This document shows, one piece after another, positions 38,626 to 52,498 of a DNA stretch of 64,000 nucleotides. How positions within the stretch are numbered: position 1 is the stretch's first letter; every line of letters starts with the position of its first letter. Both the position numbers and the translations under genes were made by a program. Under the pieces are notes generated by a model that made no database searches, was not told the DNA's origin, and saw only the letters and a list, made by a program, of their open reading frames with translations. The stretch covers positions 9,922 to 73,921 of the forward strand of contig JAHLWZ010000583.1 in NCBI GenBank assembly GCA_020536535.1, in the 5' to 3' direction. The DNA comes from Pelomyxa schiedti (lineage: Eukaryota > Protista > Evosea).

Positions 38626-40735
38626 ATGGACGTACTACGCGACATGTATGGGTACTTTGCTGACGACGAGTGCGAAAAAGCGACACGTGCCGCGCAAAAG
38701 AGTGCACCTGCCAGCGTCGCTACCGACGAACACGTTTGTTGTGAAGACGACGACGTATCGCGCGCAGATCTGGATGACGAGGGATCTCCGGCCGCGAACT
38801 CACCAATCACGCCTCCTTGCTCCCACAGCATCGACACCAGTTCGGGCTTAAGCGTAAGTTCTTCTCAATCTCAAACGCAGCGCGGCGTGATTCCGCTTCA
38901 CGTGCAGATGCGGGAGCAACTTCAGATCACACCGACGGCGGAAGGCGCTCAACCTTTCATTCCATGGAACTGGAACGGGCCTGCCTTTGGTGCTTCGCCT
39001 GCTTCTGTGGGGACTCCCAGTCCTTTTGTGTTTGGAGGAAATGGCAATTCTGTTGTTTATGGAGACAGTATTGACAGTGTTGGAGTTGGGTTCATGCCGT
39101 CTGTTGGTCCTGGCGGTCCAGGCGAGCCAGGTGAATGTATATCATGTGGTGCAATTGGCTCTAATTGCGATTGTGCCAACAGAGCACCGAAAAGACGGCG
39201 CACTTTCCCATCAAAAGGTATCTCTCCCCGACGTACACTTTCCCTTTAACTCATTTCACTTCAGTAAAGGAAAGCACTTTGAATGTTATTCCTACCTCTA
39301 CAGCCACACTCTCTCCAACACGAGCAAAGCGATACGTCTCAAAAAGAGAGCGTCGTTTTGCAACTCCACCTGGTACCAACTCTCAACCTCAGGCTCTCTT
39401 TTCATTTGGTTCATCACCTGATGTTACCCCAACACCTTCACCACAGGTTAATACGATTCCATCACCACAACCACAACAGCAAATAATCCGACCCCACTCT
39501 CAATCCCATTCTCCAAGTGGTGTCCTGACTGGAGTGTGCGGGACTGTTGTCATGAAGATGTTAGGCCATACAGGTCCAGCAATTTCCGTCAAATGGAAAC
39601 CACATGACGGTTTGTCGTTCTATTTTTTAAACCATTATTTTTAATCCGACTCAGGTGGTCTGCTTGCATCGGCTTCAATGGACTCAACTGTCCGACTCTG
39701 GGACGTTTTCAAGTGCCAGTGTGTGCGAGTTCTACCTCACAGAGGTGAAGAAGTTTTTTTTACCGTAGTATATACTCATAGTTATTAGGGGCTGTAAAAG
39801 CAATATCCTGGATGTGCGATGGGAAGTGCCTTGCTAGTGGTGGTTATGACAAGGCAATCCGGCTAACAGATGTCGAAACTGGTTATTGCTTCCTGGTAGC
39901 AACCTGCAGCATAAAATACCAATAGCACTAACCTAATGCCAGGATATCCCAGAACAAGACTATGTAACGAGTTTGTGTTGTCATCCTAGCAGGCCGGAAC
40001 TACTGTTGTGTGGCAGATTCAATTCTGGAGTTTCTTGCATTGATCTAAGAACTGGAAGGCAAAGCTGTTTTTGTGAAATAACATTCTCTAAAAAATCACA
40101 GACATGCCGTGGAGTATAATAGCTTGTTTGGCCAGGTCATGAGCATCGAGTTTATTACTCATAAGGCCAACTTGTTTGTTACTAGTAGTGATATCACCAA
40201 GCGGAATTCTATTGATAAATCACTTCTTGTCTGGGACTTTGACTCTGTATGCATCTCCTTTCAGGAACGCTCCCCTGACTCGTTTAGCATGTTGTCGTTT
40301 CAAATCAGGTGTACCAAGAAGCGTACACATGTCCTTGTGTAAAGATTCACCCATCTGGTCACTCTTTTATGGCCCAGTCTCACGCCAATTACATTGCCAT
40401 ATTTGATTCCCGACCTCCTTTCAAGCTCAACAAATACAAGGTACTCCGCCATCTCGAGTCCTTGCAAAACAGTAACTTTCTGCTAGCGCTTTGAAGGCCA
40501 TCAAGTCTCCGGCTATCAAGTTGGATTTGACCTTAGCGGAGACGGGAGCGTTGTAGCCACCGGCTCACTAGAAGGTGGTGTGCACATGTACGCCTACGAA
40601 TCCGGCCGATGTGTAAAAGTGATGCCGGCTCATGATATGGTAGTCACTGACGTCCAGTACCACCCGCAACACACCCAGCATCCCTCCACACTGGCTACAT
40701 GCTCCTGGGATGGCACTGTGGCCGTCTTCCATTGA
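38626..40735 (+). CDS. WDR25: WD40-repeat protein, WDR25/CDC40 family
   Basis: LASASMDSTVRLWD; YQEAYTCPC; AQSHANYIAIF; PFKLNKYKRFEGHQVSGY; LATCSWDG. Confidence 0.8.
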
Positions 40736-41138
40736 ACGCATCATCCATCACGCACTAACCTTACCTGCCCCTTTGTACTAATCGTGTGTCAGTGCCTAGT
40801 GTTCGCACCAACACCATTTTGCTTGTATTTGTAAAATACATAAAAACAGTGGCTTGCACCACTTTTTTTCTTTCATTTGTGGCTTTCATCCCACAACTTC
40901 AGTTTGGGCACAGACGAAATCAACGTACTTGCCGATTCTTAGCCTCTGGTGAGCTCAAGTGATGAGATTATCCGTGTTTCTCTCAGAAAGGGCACATGTT
41001 GCCAATTAACTCCAGGACTGATTTTTTTTCCTTTTTGTGGGGGCATCATAGAAGAGTGTTTGCTACTGGCAATGGGATTTATTTACTTCTTTGTACAAGG
41101 CAAAAAAGGGTGGGTAAATGTGAAGACATTGGGTGTGG

Positions 41139-43087
41139 TTATGGAGGGTGTGTTTGTGGTGGTGGATTGTGGTCAATAGACACCACTACGGCAGAGGGAT
41201 CCCCGGTTGGTGTTTCTGATGTGGATTCTGCTAATGATTGTATGGTTGTTGGTAGTTGTTGTGGTTGCCGGTGGGGCTTTGACTTGATGTTCAGTACCAC
41301 ACCGGAAAATACAACCAGTGAGCCCACCACGTATAGCGGTGTGAATGGCTTGGAGAAGAGCAGAAAGGATAGCAGCAGTGACAAGGCTTTCCGGCAAGAG
41401 GTGGTGATAACTGCCGTCAACGCACTTGTTCTCTTCACTAGCATTAGCACACACAAGGTCCCGCAGTATGCTAGAAGGCCAGCAACCTTTCATGCCGTAA
41501 GAGTGATGTCTTTGACCACGCAACATACAATTATTTGAACCATCACGAACTTCCTTTCAGATAAAAAGGCCAGGGCCATGAAAAGCTCATCACTGACGAT
41601 AAGCCACGGCAGCAACATAAGAGCACCAATACCAAAGGAATACACCACCTAAAGGAAAAACTTAATAAGAAAAAGGAAGGAAGTTCGTATACTAGTTCGT
41701 TCTCAGAAACCCCATATTCTTTCATGCCTTTCTCTTGCGAGTTGTCTTGGCAGGCATTCATAACAAGTGCCAAACATACAAGGAAAATACCTGCACGACT
41801 TAGATAATGAAAAGATAAAATTGTTTCAAACCAGAAAAACTGAATTTTGGAATCACAGTAATATCTGCCAAGGTAACAATCACTAAGCCACCTGCGATGA
41901 GAATGACACTGCCATATTCTCTGCTTGTGTATCGCTTGTTCAGAATTACTATACCACCAATCATGGTTACCACAACACGAGCAGATTTGAAAAGTAACTG
42001 AAGGTAAATTGGTTTTACGTTGAGGGAGGGAAAAAGTTACCCAGGTGGGGAAGTTGAGCAACTGCAAGGAGTAGGTAGAAAGGCTGAAACCAGAGACATT
42101 AAAAAAAGCAACCCTGATGTGGTACCACATTGGTGCTCTGCGACTGTAACGATGGTTAAGGGGAAGGAGGAAATAAGAAATATGTTAAAATTGGTCACAT
42201 GTCATTCACTAAAAACTATCACAAGAATGGCGCACTAACAACCCACCAATAGAAACCTTCTGTAGTCGTTGACAAGGCTCAGATTCAGAAGAGATAGCGG
42301 CCATCTGTTGTGTCCCCACCTCTCCACTAACCCCAGAGTAAAGAACATTAGAAAATGCACTAAGGTAACGAATCCAGCATAGTCACAGTCATGTTTTTTG
42401 AAAATAGACTCCTGGGAGGAGTAAGAATTGGGGAAAGCAACTTAACAGAGATGGATTCCGGACCTGCAATATAATGAAAAGGCAATACGACAACATCAAA
42501 CAGCCAATGAGTAGCACGACAGTGTTCCTTTTATCAGCCAGGGAACCACCTGATTTTTGTTTATTTTTTCGTATTGCTGAGCGAGGAGTAAGAAGGTAGG
42601 TAGGGAGTCAACGTCTTTTTTTGTTTATTAATTCGCATTGCGTCGACTCTTCTGTTCATCGTTCATTGTTTGTTGTTTGTTGTTCCGTTGTTTGTTTGTT
42701 TGATGGGTGGGTGGGTGGGTGGGTACCATTTTGGTCCTCGGGGTCCGAGTCGAGCGTCGCGCCCACACCCCCCTCGCCCTCGCCCTCGCCCTCGCCCTCC
42801 CCCGCGCTCTCGCCCTTGCCAGTGGCCGTGGCCGCCGTGGTGGTGCGCGGACCCATCTCGGGGTCCCCGTCGTAGTCGCCGTTGGTGGTTGCGGTGACTC
42901 GCACTCCCACGCCAGAGCCGCCGCCCACCCGCCGTGCGTTGTTGTTGTTTTTGGTGTTGATGGTGGGGTTTCCTGACAGGACGACGTTGGCACCGCCTGG
43001 GCCGCCCAACACGACCACGTCGGCAACGCGGTGGGAGGCGCTGCCCTCGTCGCCGGCACAGGCCACGTCACCAACTTCGTTCATCAT
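41139..43087 (-). CDS. SLC35B/UAA-family nucleotide-sugar or PAPS transporter
   Basis: LSTYSLQLLNFPTWVTFKSARVVVTMIGG; ACQDNSQEK; ITTSCRKALSLLLSFLLFSKPFT. Confidence 0.8.
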
Positions 43088-43351
43088 CTCCCAGGCTTAC
43101 GCGACGATCAGATTTTATTCTTGCAACTTTGTTCCGTGTACAAAAAAGGACCCAAACCGATCTCCTCCTTGTGTGCTCTCGGATTGACAACACAGCGCAT
43201 GAAAAACAGAAGCGGCTGCCCCGGAAATGCACTGAGATCAGCTGATCTGAATATTCTCGTAACGCTGAAGGGCTTGATGTCTTTTTTCCATGAACACCAA
43301 CCAACAAGAAACTAACCATTATTTGCCACTACATCAACAGCACGTAGAGCT

Positions 43352-45090
43352 ATGGCAAGCGCCGAGAGCGTTGGTTGTGACGTAATTGCAATTGAGGCAC
43401 TGAGAGTTTTCAGTGAGGGTGATTTGTTACGTGCGTATCATCTGTGTCAATCTCTGTTGCTCACGCCCCTCACCAGTAAGGTGTGTTACTCTTAATTTCG
43501 TTTCTTGTTGTAACTATGTTATCTAACAAAGATAACAACCAGGGAGGAACCACTGGCACACAGAGACAAAGAAGTGATGCAGAAGCATTTGCTTGCTTAC
43601 AATTGTGCAGCTTGTTTAGCACAAACACAAAGCTGTTTGATGACAAGAGACCGTTTGAGAGGGACATGCTCATGTGCTTGTGGGAGAGAGCCAAGAGTTG
43701 TCCCCTCAATATTCAAGAATGGATGATAAGGCTCCTGAATTCCACTCTAAATATCCCTTGTAATAGTACAGCATTCGCAACATCACCAGAAAAGAAGAGC
43801 TTCTGTAACATGGTGCACTTCTTTCTAGGAGTGGCTCTCTCAGCCAAGTATGGTGGTGACTTTCCCTTCACTGATCAGCAGGAGAGTGTGCGGCACATCA
43901 GAATTGCTGCACATGGAGGGGACCCAAGAGCCCAAACGTGGCTTGGTGCCTTTTGTGGTGACTGCAGCTGCACCCGGTTGGCTGCAGAGCAGGGTTACTG
44001 TCCTGCAATACGGCTGATGGCTCTGAAGCACATGAACGGTGAGAGAGGAGCACCTCTGGACTGCCAGGAGGGAATCAGGCTACTACGCATTGGTGCTGAG
44101 AAGGGTGATGCCTACTGTCAGGAGGACCTGGGCATGTATCTGTTCTGGGGTGACTATGTTACAAAGGATGAGGTAGAGGCGGAGAAGTGGTTCAAGTTGG
44201 CTGCTGCTAGTGGGCTTCCCACATCACAGAGAAAGCTGGCCCTCATGTACTACCACAACAGAGTGATCCCGCAACAACTCGCCAACCAGAATCATACACC
44301 AGACTCATTACCGAGCCCTGATGGAGGGGATGCATTCCCAGAGGTAATACGGCTTCTGAAGCTATCTGCAGCCCAAGGAGACACAGGGTCACAGAGGAAC
44401 CTTGGGTACTTCTATCTGGATGGAGAAGGAGTGGCCAAGGACCCCAGTGCAGCAGCAGAATACTTCGCAATGGCAGCAAGGAACAACGACGAGGAGGCAC
44501 AGTACCGCCTTGGGCTGTGCTATCAGCACGGCGAGGGTGTAGAGAAGAACTATGTGCTCGCGTTTGACATGTTCTCACAGTCATCAGCAGCAGGATACAC
44601 AAAGGCACATTGGTCACTCGGATACATGTATGCAAATGGATTCGGCTGCACGGCCGACACGGCGAGGGCACTGGACCTGTTTACAAAGGGGGCTGATGAG
44701 GGCGACGTGAGGGCCATTATGGGACTCGGGTACTACAACGACGAGCTGGGAAACGAGAAAGAAGCCATGGGACTCTGGAGACTGGCGGCATCACAGGGGT
44801 ACAAGGAGGCCTACTACGCACTGGGCAAGGCCCACGGGAGGCTGTGGAAGAGGAGGGGCCCGCTGGGAGCCAATTATGGGAGATACCGCGACACCAGGGA
44901 GGCTGCCAAGTGGCTGAGGCTGAGCGGCACGGTCAGGGCCATGCTTTTACTCACAAGCATCACTGTGCCCAGCACCCTTGAGCCCCACTCCCTTGGGAGT
45001 GATGACGACGACGGTGGCAGTGACACAGCCGAGGATCATGAAGACCACGGTGAGCACGACGAGGAGCATGAGGCCGCTGGTGGAATCTGA
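43352..45090 (+). CDS. Sel1-like repeat protein
   Basis: Multiple AAEQG / AQYRLGLCYQHGEGVEKN repeats in a 535-aa ORF; one 5' intron. Confidence 0.9.
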
Positions 45091-45165
45091 GTCGGGATCT
45101 GCTATCTTCTAGTAAATAACAATATTTTTGCAAACCAACGAGCGGGGTGGGGTTGCCTGCGAGCG

Positions 45166-47102
45166 ATGCGAGCACGAGCACGGGGTGGGTCGACGAGCTC
45201 GTCTGCTATTGTTATAGGCGGCGGAGGTGGCGGAAGTGGCGGTGGCGGAGCAGGACCGGGAGTTGTTGTAATTGATAACGGGGGATACACTTGTAAGATC
45301 GGGTGCGTGCCCAACCCGACGTCGCCTACGGGCACAGGTACCGATGACGCGTCGTCGTATGTCACTCCGAGGTAGGTGGTCCCCGAATAGTAGTGCAAAT
45401 GCCTGCAAGTATGCCAACTTGGTGGTGATGCAAATGTTTGCAACAGAATCGTACCGAATGCCGTGGCAAAACATAAGAAAGATCACCAAAACTACGTTGC
45501 TTCTGAAATATACGAATGTATGAGTGCTCTTATTTATATTTACGGGGTCTGGTCTGATAAACCACCTGTACACAGGCAATGACACATTCAATTTATTGTT
45601 TAAACGCCCCTTAGATAAGGTGCGCCAGTTCGCCTCTCAAAAACCGGGTTGGTTATGTTCCCTCTGACTGTATTTAGGGATACCTTGTCGATATTGATCT
45701 CCAGAAGCAAATATGGGACTCTGAGTTCTCTATCCAGCAAGTCTTAATATGTGGGGCTGATATCAGCACTTACATTGGTTAAGATAACACCCAATCAGTG
45801 CGGTCTGCTTGTTACAGAGGCCCCTTTTGCTCCGAATAACGTACGAAACCTTATGCTCCAGCTAGTATTCGAGATATATGGATTTGAGTCACTGTATTTG
45901 GCTAAACGTATGTTGTCAAATCAAGGCAATTTCTCATCTCACCGAAATATCAGCTGCCGAAATGGCCGCATTCGGGTATAGAATAAACAACCCATCATCA
46001 TCGTTCGCCAAATCTCCTTGTTACACAGTTGTAGACTGTGGTTTCAGTTTTACACACACCACTCCGTTCTTTGATAATATCAAACTGAATTATGCAGTCA
46101 AGCGGTGTGCATTAAAATATACTTACAAAATCCTGTTAATCGGTCATAGGGTAGATGTTGGTGGAAAAGTGCTTACGAATTATCTCAAAGAAACCATATC
46201 TTTCAGACAGTGGAACATGATGGAAGAGACAACTTTGATTAACACCGTGAAGGAAGGCCTGTGCTTTGTCAGTTCAGATTTCGTGAGTGACATGAAGCTA
46301 TGCAAGAGACCGCGGACAGGAGGTATCTCTTGGGGCAGTACCGATCCATCAGGAGCGTCTGCTGGCGGACTAAGCTGTGGTTACGTTTTGCCAAATTACA
46401 AAACCACCAGTACAGGGTACACTTTGGTATGTGATAGTTATAATTAAGTTAACTTAATTGATACAAATAAGGATGGCGAAAGAGACCCTCATCGGTTAGA
46501 TCCCACCTCGAGGCCCAAAGATTTGCAGGCTTGATACCAACCACTGTAAAGTACTAATCCACTTTCTAGATTTTGAAAATGGGAAACGAGAGAATAGTAG
46601 TTCCCGAAATTCTCTTTTCTCCCAGTGACATTGGTTTGTTACCCGATTGATACCTTTATTCATTCACAACGCCAAAGGGATTGAACAGGCCGGAGTTTCT
46701 GAAGCTACTGTGCAGGCTATAAATGAGTGCCACCCGCACACACACCCGTCCCTGTATTCCAATGTACTGTTAATAGGGGGTTCCTCCAAGTTCCGAGGTT
46801 TCCAGCAGAGAATGTAAACCCTCATTTCTCGCATACCAACTATTAACATAAGCAAAGGTTCAAAGATATCCGCGCTTCTGCTCCTGACCAATTTAATGTC
46901 AACATCTTTGCACCTCCCAAGTATTATTCACCACTCTTTACCAAATAACCCGCTGTACTAACGCACACATAGCCCAATAACTTGTGCATGGGATGGAGCC
47001 AGCTCCTTTGTAACCAGCGGTAATTACGCACAACACGCAGTGTCACTCACCGACTACCACGAAATGGGAGCCAACTACCTACTGCACCAATGGGTTCCCT
47101 GA
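45166..47102 (+). CDS. ARP6: Actin-related protein 6
   Basis: VIDNGGYTCKIG; VVDCGFSFTH; DVGGKVLTNYLKETISFRQWNMMEET; NERIVVPEILFSPSDIG. Confidence 0.9.
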
Positions 47103-47252
47103 GTCCCCTCCTACAATTCTGCCAAACACAATGCCAAGCACCAGCACACAACCTCTCCACACGCTCTCCCAATGACCCGAACCGAACCACGTGTCTGGAA
47201 ATAATGATGAGACTCCGTTTCCCTTTCGTGATTCATTGAACAATACTGAAGA

Positions 47253-48735
47253 ATGCAGGGGAGCGCCGGGGACGAGGCACACGGCAACAGCGATAACGAG
47301 GCGGGGAGCCACCTCCACCTGAGCCCCACTCCAACCCCCAGTCCCAGTCCCAGCCCCAGCCCCAACAGCGAGGGGAAACCCACAGCGACGGGCAGCCCCA
47401 CAGAGCCCCGGGCGGGAGCGGGGGTGGGGGCGATGAATCCGACGCAACAGCGAGTGTGGGGACCAGGGGCAGGGGCAGGGGCAGGGGCAGGGGCAGAGGC
47501 AGGGGGGTACCACTATTACAACAGCAGCAGCCGGTACCCTCTGCAGCAGGAGCAGGGGGGGAGCGAGGCAACGGCGTGGAGGGAGAGGGCGAGGGAGAGG
47601 GAGAGGGCCACGGGGAGGGGGAGAGGGAGGCTGGGGGACACAACCAGGTGGATGAGGGACTACTTCAAGAGGTGTCTGCGTGTGTGTGCGGGTGATATTT
47701 GTATATACACACGCGAATATCGCGGCGGGGGGGGGGTGCAACTGGTTTTCTGATTGATATTATATTAAATGTAGGCTGCTTCATTATTCTCAGATGGACT
47801 TGGAGTATACTACGTGGATTATGTTTTACCTGGTTGTATACCCTAGAAAAGTGTAGCCTATGCCCCTCATTTTATTGTTCTCTCTTCCTATTCCTAATCT
47901 CATTTCCCCAACTAGCGCAAAAATAACTTCCTGGCATAAAGGTATTTATTCACTCCACCACTGTTTACGTTATTAATCATACATTCAAAGTTACCAAGCA
48001 CCAATGGGCAAGAGATGACCCAGGATTTGTTGTCATTCAAGTAGCTTTGTTATTAGTGTCCTCACTTGCTTGGGGTGTTGCCATTAGTAAGCCTGGATTT
48101 GCTCCTTTCGCTAGACTGGTTTGAATTTCCCTCTTTCCATCTCATTATTACCCCGGAATTAGATTTGTTGGTCCCTTTTTGTGGATTATTTATTAGCGGG
48201 CGCGATTTTTGCATCTATTTCTTGGTTTGTAAGCGACGCCCGAAACGCATCAAATAACTTTCACTTAGGTTTTTGTGTAATAAATTCCTCGTCACTGATG
48301 GAATTCATAGAACAGAGCAAAAAGTGTGCTAGTACAGTGGTACCCGTTTACGGCTAACTACTGCCAGGTAGAATGGCTTTATGCCTTTGATGTGCACTGT
48401 AATGCATTTTTCCTTGAGTTCCTTGTTGTTCACGTTCTGCAATTCTTTTTACTGCCACTACTTGTGTCCCGGTCATTTCTGAGCACTATATTGGCAAATT
48501 CTATCTATGCCTTTGGCTATTTGTATTATTTATACATAACTTTCCTCGGCTATCAAGGTTATAAACTGGGGCTTTTACTCTCTCTCACCAACATTTTGCA
48601 GTTCTTCCTTTCCTTCATAATGTTGAGTACTTCCTTCTGCCTGGTAGTATTATACTTCTCACCTGGGTCATTCTCCTCGTGTGCAACGTCAACTTTAGCG
48701 TACTGCTTCTCAACGTCTACTTCTACAACGTGTGA
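47253..48735 (+). CDS. UNC50: UNC-50/GMH1 family Golgi membrane protein
   Basis: MDLEYTTW, TKHQWARDDPGF, VEWLYAFDVHCNAFF, YITFLGY. Confidence 0.92.
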
Positions 48736-49081
48736 ATTTTGTTACCACCACACTTGGCTATGTACATAGGGATAGCCTTTTAGGAACAAAATTTTGTTGA
48801 GCCCAGATCTGTTAGCGAGAACAGATTTGTTCTTTTTAAATTTTTTAGATCGTCACAGTTGCAGCGCATTCTTGTCTCACGTAGGCAATTTTTTCTTTTC
48901 TTTTTTCGTTTTCTTGAAATTAATCTTTCCCGTTTGACCCACAAGCGCATCGGCCGAGGTACTGATCGCCGTAGATCTACCGTGTCGTCTTTTCCTCGTC
49001 ATCGCCTCATCAGCAAATTGACGACGCGACTATGTGTCTCTAACGTTTTTTTTTCCGCAGGGGTTTTTGGGGTCTTTTGTC

Positions 49082-49904
49082 ATGGGTGCCTACAAGTACA
49101 TTTCGGAGTTGTGGAAGAGGAAACAGTGCGACATAATGCGCTTCCTTAGACGCATTCGATGCTGGGAGTTGAGGTCAGTTTAGTGTGTTTATATCACCTT
49201 AATATGCTTACGTGAGCGAAGACATTTGCCACGTGTTCACCGTGCACCACGCCCAACTCGCCCAGATCGCGCTAAGCGCCTGGGTTATCGCAAGAAGCAA
49301 GGATACGTTATCTACCGCACCAAGGTTAATTTCCCTTCCGTTGTACTTATTTTTTTTGTAAACCACTCTCTTTGCGCCATACAGGTTCGCCGTGGCGATC
49401 GCAAGAAGAACGTTCACAAGGGACGCCAATGCCGCAAACCGAAATACCAGGGTGTTCACAAGCACAAGTCTTCAATGAATTTACGCCGTGTGGCCGAAGG
49501 AAGAGTTGGCCACCGATGCAAGAATTTGCGAGTTTTGAATTCATACTGGATTGGCCAGGTTTCGCACTAATTACCACATACTCTAGCCATGTTCTTAATA
49601 TTTTTGTAGGATTCCACCTACAAATACTTCGAAGTTATCCTTGTTGATCCATTCCACCCCGCTATCCGCAACGATCCCAAGAGCCGCTGGATCTGCAACC
49701 CAGTCCACAAACACAGAGAACTTCACGGACTCACCGGTGCTGGAAAGGCCTACAGAGGATTGTACGGAAAGGGCCATTGCTTCAAGAAACAGAGGTACCC
49801 TCCCAAACCACTTATGACTCTTTTTCCTTACCGTATCCCACAGGCCATCCCGCCACGCTTCATGGCGCCGCCGCAACACTCTTTCACTCCGCAGATACCG
49901 TTAA
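49082..49904 (+). CDS. RPL15: 60S ribosomal protein L15 (eL15)
   Basis: [49 protein letters not shown]. Confidence 0.97.
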
Positions 49905-50337
49905 ATCAAAAAATAACAACATACAATCCTTTTTGTGCAAGTCATATTCAAATAGAACCCACGCACCCACCCTTCCTGTTCTGTACTACTTCCTAAAGGG
50001 AAGGAGTTCACCATCACCCCAGCAAGGCCTTTCCCGCAGTTGTTTTTCACTTCGGCGATTTCATCGAAACTGGAATTTTTTTGTTCTTTGGTGTTGTTTT
50101 CAAACGAAATCAATCCAGCAAGGGAACCACACCACGAGTGCAGCAGCTAGGCAGTTGCGGTCACACACATCGGTACCTGTGGCACTCCCACTCTCCTACA
50201 CGCTGCACTTTTTTTCGCGGTGCACTGCACTCGCCCCGCGCGACGCCGCCTTCACGTGCAAACTTAACCCCCCAAAAACACAGCGAGTTCGTATAGGTTA
50301 CCAGTGTAAGGCATTTCCCTGCCGTCAGCGTACCGTG

Positions 50338-51768
50338 ATGGCATCGTCGTCATCACCCTCACCAACGAGCACGCGCACTACGTCGGCCGTCGGCGATTCG
50401 TCGGGCCAGCGCACCCACAATTCCAGCCCGCAACAGCAACAGCAACCGCAAAACACGGCAACCCCCGTGTGCGCCAACAACGGGCAGCAGCAGCAGCAGG
50501 CCGTAGCCAAGCATCCGGCGGCGGATGTCCTCGCCACGGCAGACACCAAGGCCACGGGCACGGGCACGGGCACGCCCCCGGTTGGCGTCGGGGAAGGCGG
50601 GCCCGTCGACCCGCCTCTGGCCAAGCGGTCCGAGTCGCCGTCGGCGAGTGCGATGGCGATGGCCATGATGCTGAGCGTGCCGCCCAAGAAGCGCAGGATG
50701 GACCTCATGCACCAGTACCCTGCCGCCATGGTGTCCATGCCCCCCATCATCAGGTCGACGTCCCCGGCTGTGTCTGCCTGCATGAGGCCCCCCACATCAT
50801 CATCACCAACATCAACATCTTCTACTGCTGCTAGTACCAGTGCGTGCACTACATCCGGTGAGTTGGCTGACATATGCAGCATTGTTACTTATCCTTTTTT
50901 GTTTTTGTTTTTTTCCCCTTCTCCACATGTGCAGGGTCAGGTACATCATCACCTGTGATGGAGGCTCGGCACCAGGCAGCGGATTCTAAGGAAGCTGATA
51001 GTTTGCATGCATCGCGGGCAAATAGGGTCAAGAATTCTACAAGTTCACCGGCTAGGGATTCCACCAAGAGCGGTGCCGGTTCTGATGGCAACGGAAAAGA
51101 GCCTCAACACAAGGAGGAACCTCCGGAAGGCAGTACATCGACATTCAGGGCTATATTCGACGACGACGAGGCTGAAGTGGATGACCTTCTATACTTTCCA
51201 AAGAGAAGAGGGTCTGTACCTTCGTAATTACCCTTCACAAAAAACAACCAACGGCTAAAGAGATAATCAACTAAATCCTTCCTAGAAATGGAGTTCTTCA
51301 GAGACAACAGAGGCAACAGCAGAGAGAACAATTGCAGCAGATGCAGATACTACAACATTCATCAGAGGACCAAGTCGAACCTGACCAGGATGGTGACCCG
51401 GAACAAGAAGAAACACAAGATGATGACAAGGACCAAGAAGAAGCAGAGCCGGCACATCAACGTTCTACCAAGAAACCGCCTTCTTCTACCAGAAAGTCCA
51501 TTGTTCAGAGCAACTCCAAAAAAGGTACTTCCCAAACCCTTTTCTTCACAATTTATCTCACCGGCAATCACTGAAAACAGGTCTATACACCTGCACAATG
51601 TGCGGAAAGAACAACATTCGGTACTATAGCACCCGCAAGGCCTGGTGTAAGACCTGCAAGGCGCCATTCCCACTTCCTGACCTTTCACTGTCACACCTAC
51701 ATCAACTGGCTGCAAGCAACACACCATCACCACCAGCAACAACATCCAAGTCAGCAGCCAAGCTCTAA
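50338..51768 (+). CDS. Low-complexity nuclear protein with a C-terminal CxxC...CxxC zinc-ribbon-like motif
   Basis: NLS-like PPKKRR; last exon YTCTMCGKNNIRYYSTRKAWCKTCKAPF. Confidence 0.6.
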
Positions 51769-51922
51769 GGGTGCTGATGATTCTACTTACATTGTAAAGT
51801 GTACATTCCAATTCGGTACAATACACAACAACAGCATTCTCTCTTCTTTTTTGCGTACATACAGTTGAATGGTTTCACACCAGTCAACAACAACACAACA
51901 AGGTAGGTTCTGGCAATACAAT

Positions 51923-52394
51923 TCAATCAATCCACGGTGCTCTGCAGTAAGGGCACGTGGGTGATTCACCAGCTGCCATTTGCTGAGACGTCCATTTGGC
52001 GATGCAATGCAGATGAAACCAATGCGTGCAGTTCTGGTTCTTTACTGGAAAAAAAAAGAAATTAGGGCATTAGATATATGAATATATATCTATGATTATA
52101 CCCGGGGGACAGGCTACGCCGGGGAACCTGCAATCGGAGCACGTGTCATCAAAAACACGCCGGCAGATGCTGCACGTGTTGTCCTCTTCGTCGTCCTCGT
52201 CCTCCTCGTCGGCTCTCATCGTATTGGTTGGTTCAGTTGTCGTGGGTTGGTGTGTGGATGTGTCGGTGTCCCATTGCCACGTCGCTGCCAGAGTCATCGA
52301 ACAAACTCCAATCTGTGTGAGCGCGTTAATGTCATAATTGCAGACATGACATGTGCTGTGGTGCGCACGCGTTGAGACCAACCTGCAGCGACAT
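51923..52394 (-). CDS. APC11: RING-H2 protein, APC11/RBX1 family
   Basis: ATWQW; CSICRRVFDDTCSDCRFPGVACP; CTHWFHLHCIAKW; CPYCRAPW. Confidence 0.88.
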
Positions 52395-52498
52395 GTGTGA
52401 CCCGAAGATCGTAGGTTTCGGCTCTGCTTTTTCCGGAAAAAAAAAGCGTTTTTACCGGAAGCGGAGGATGATGAAAAACAAAAAAAAAACCCAAACCA

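Noticed and set aside
49777-50337. 5' extension of the 393-aa ORF overlapping RPL15
   Set aside because: Runs through an RPL15 intron and intergenic DNA; ATG at 50338 is a more plausible start.
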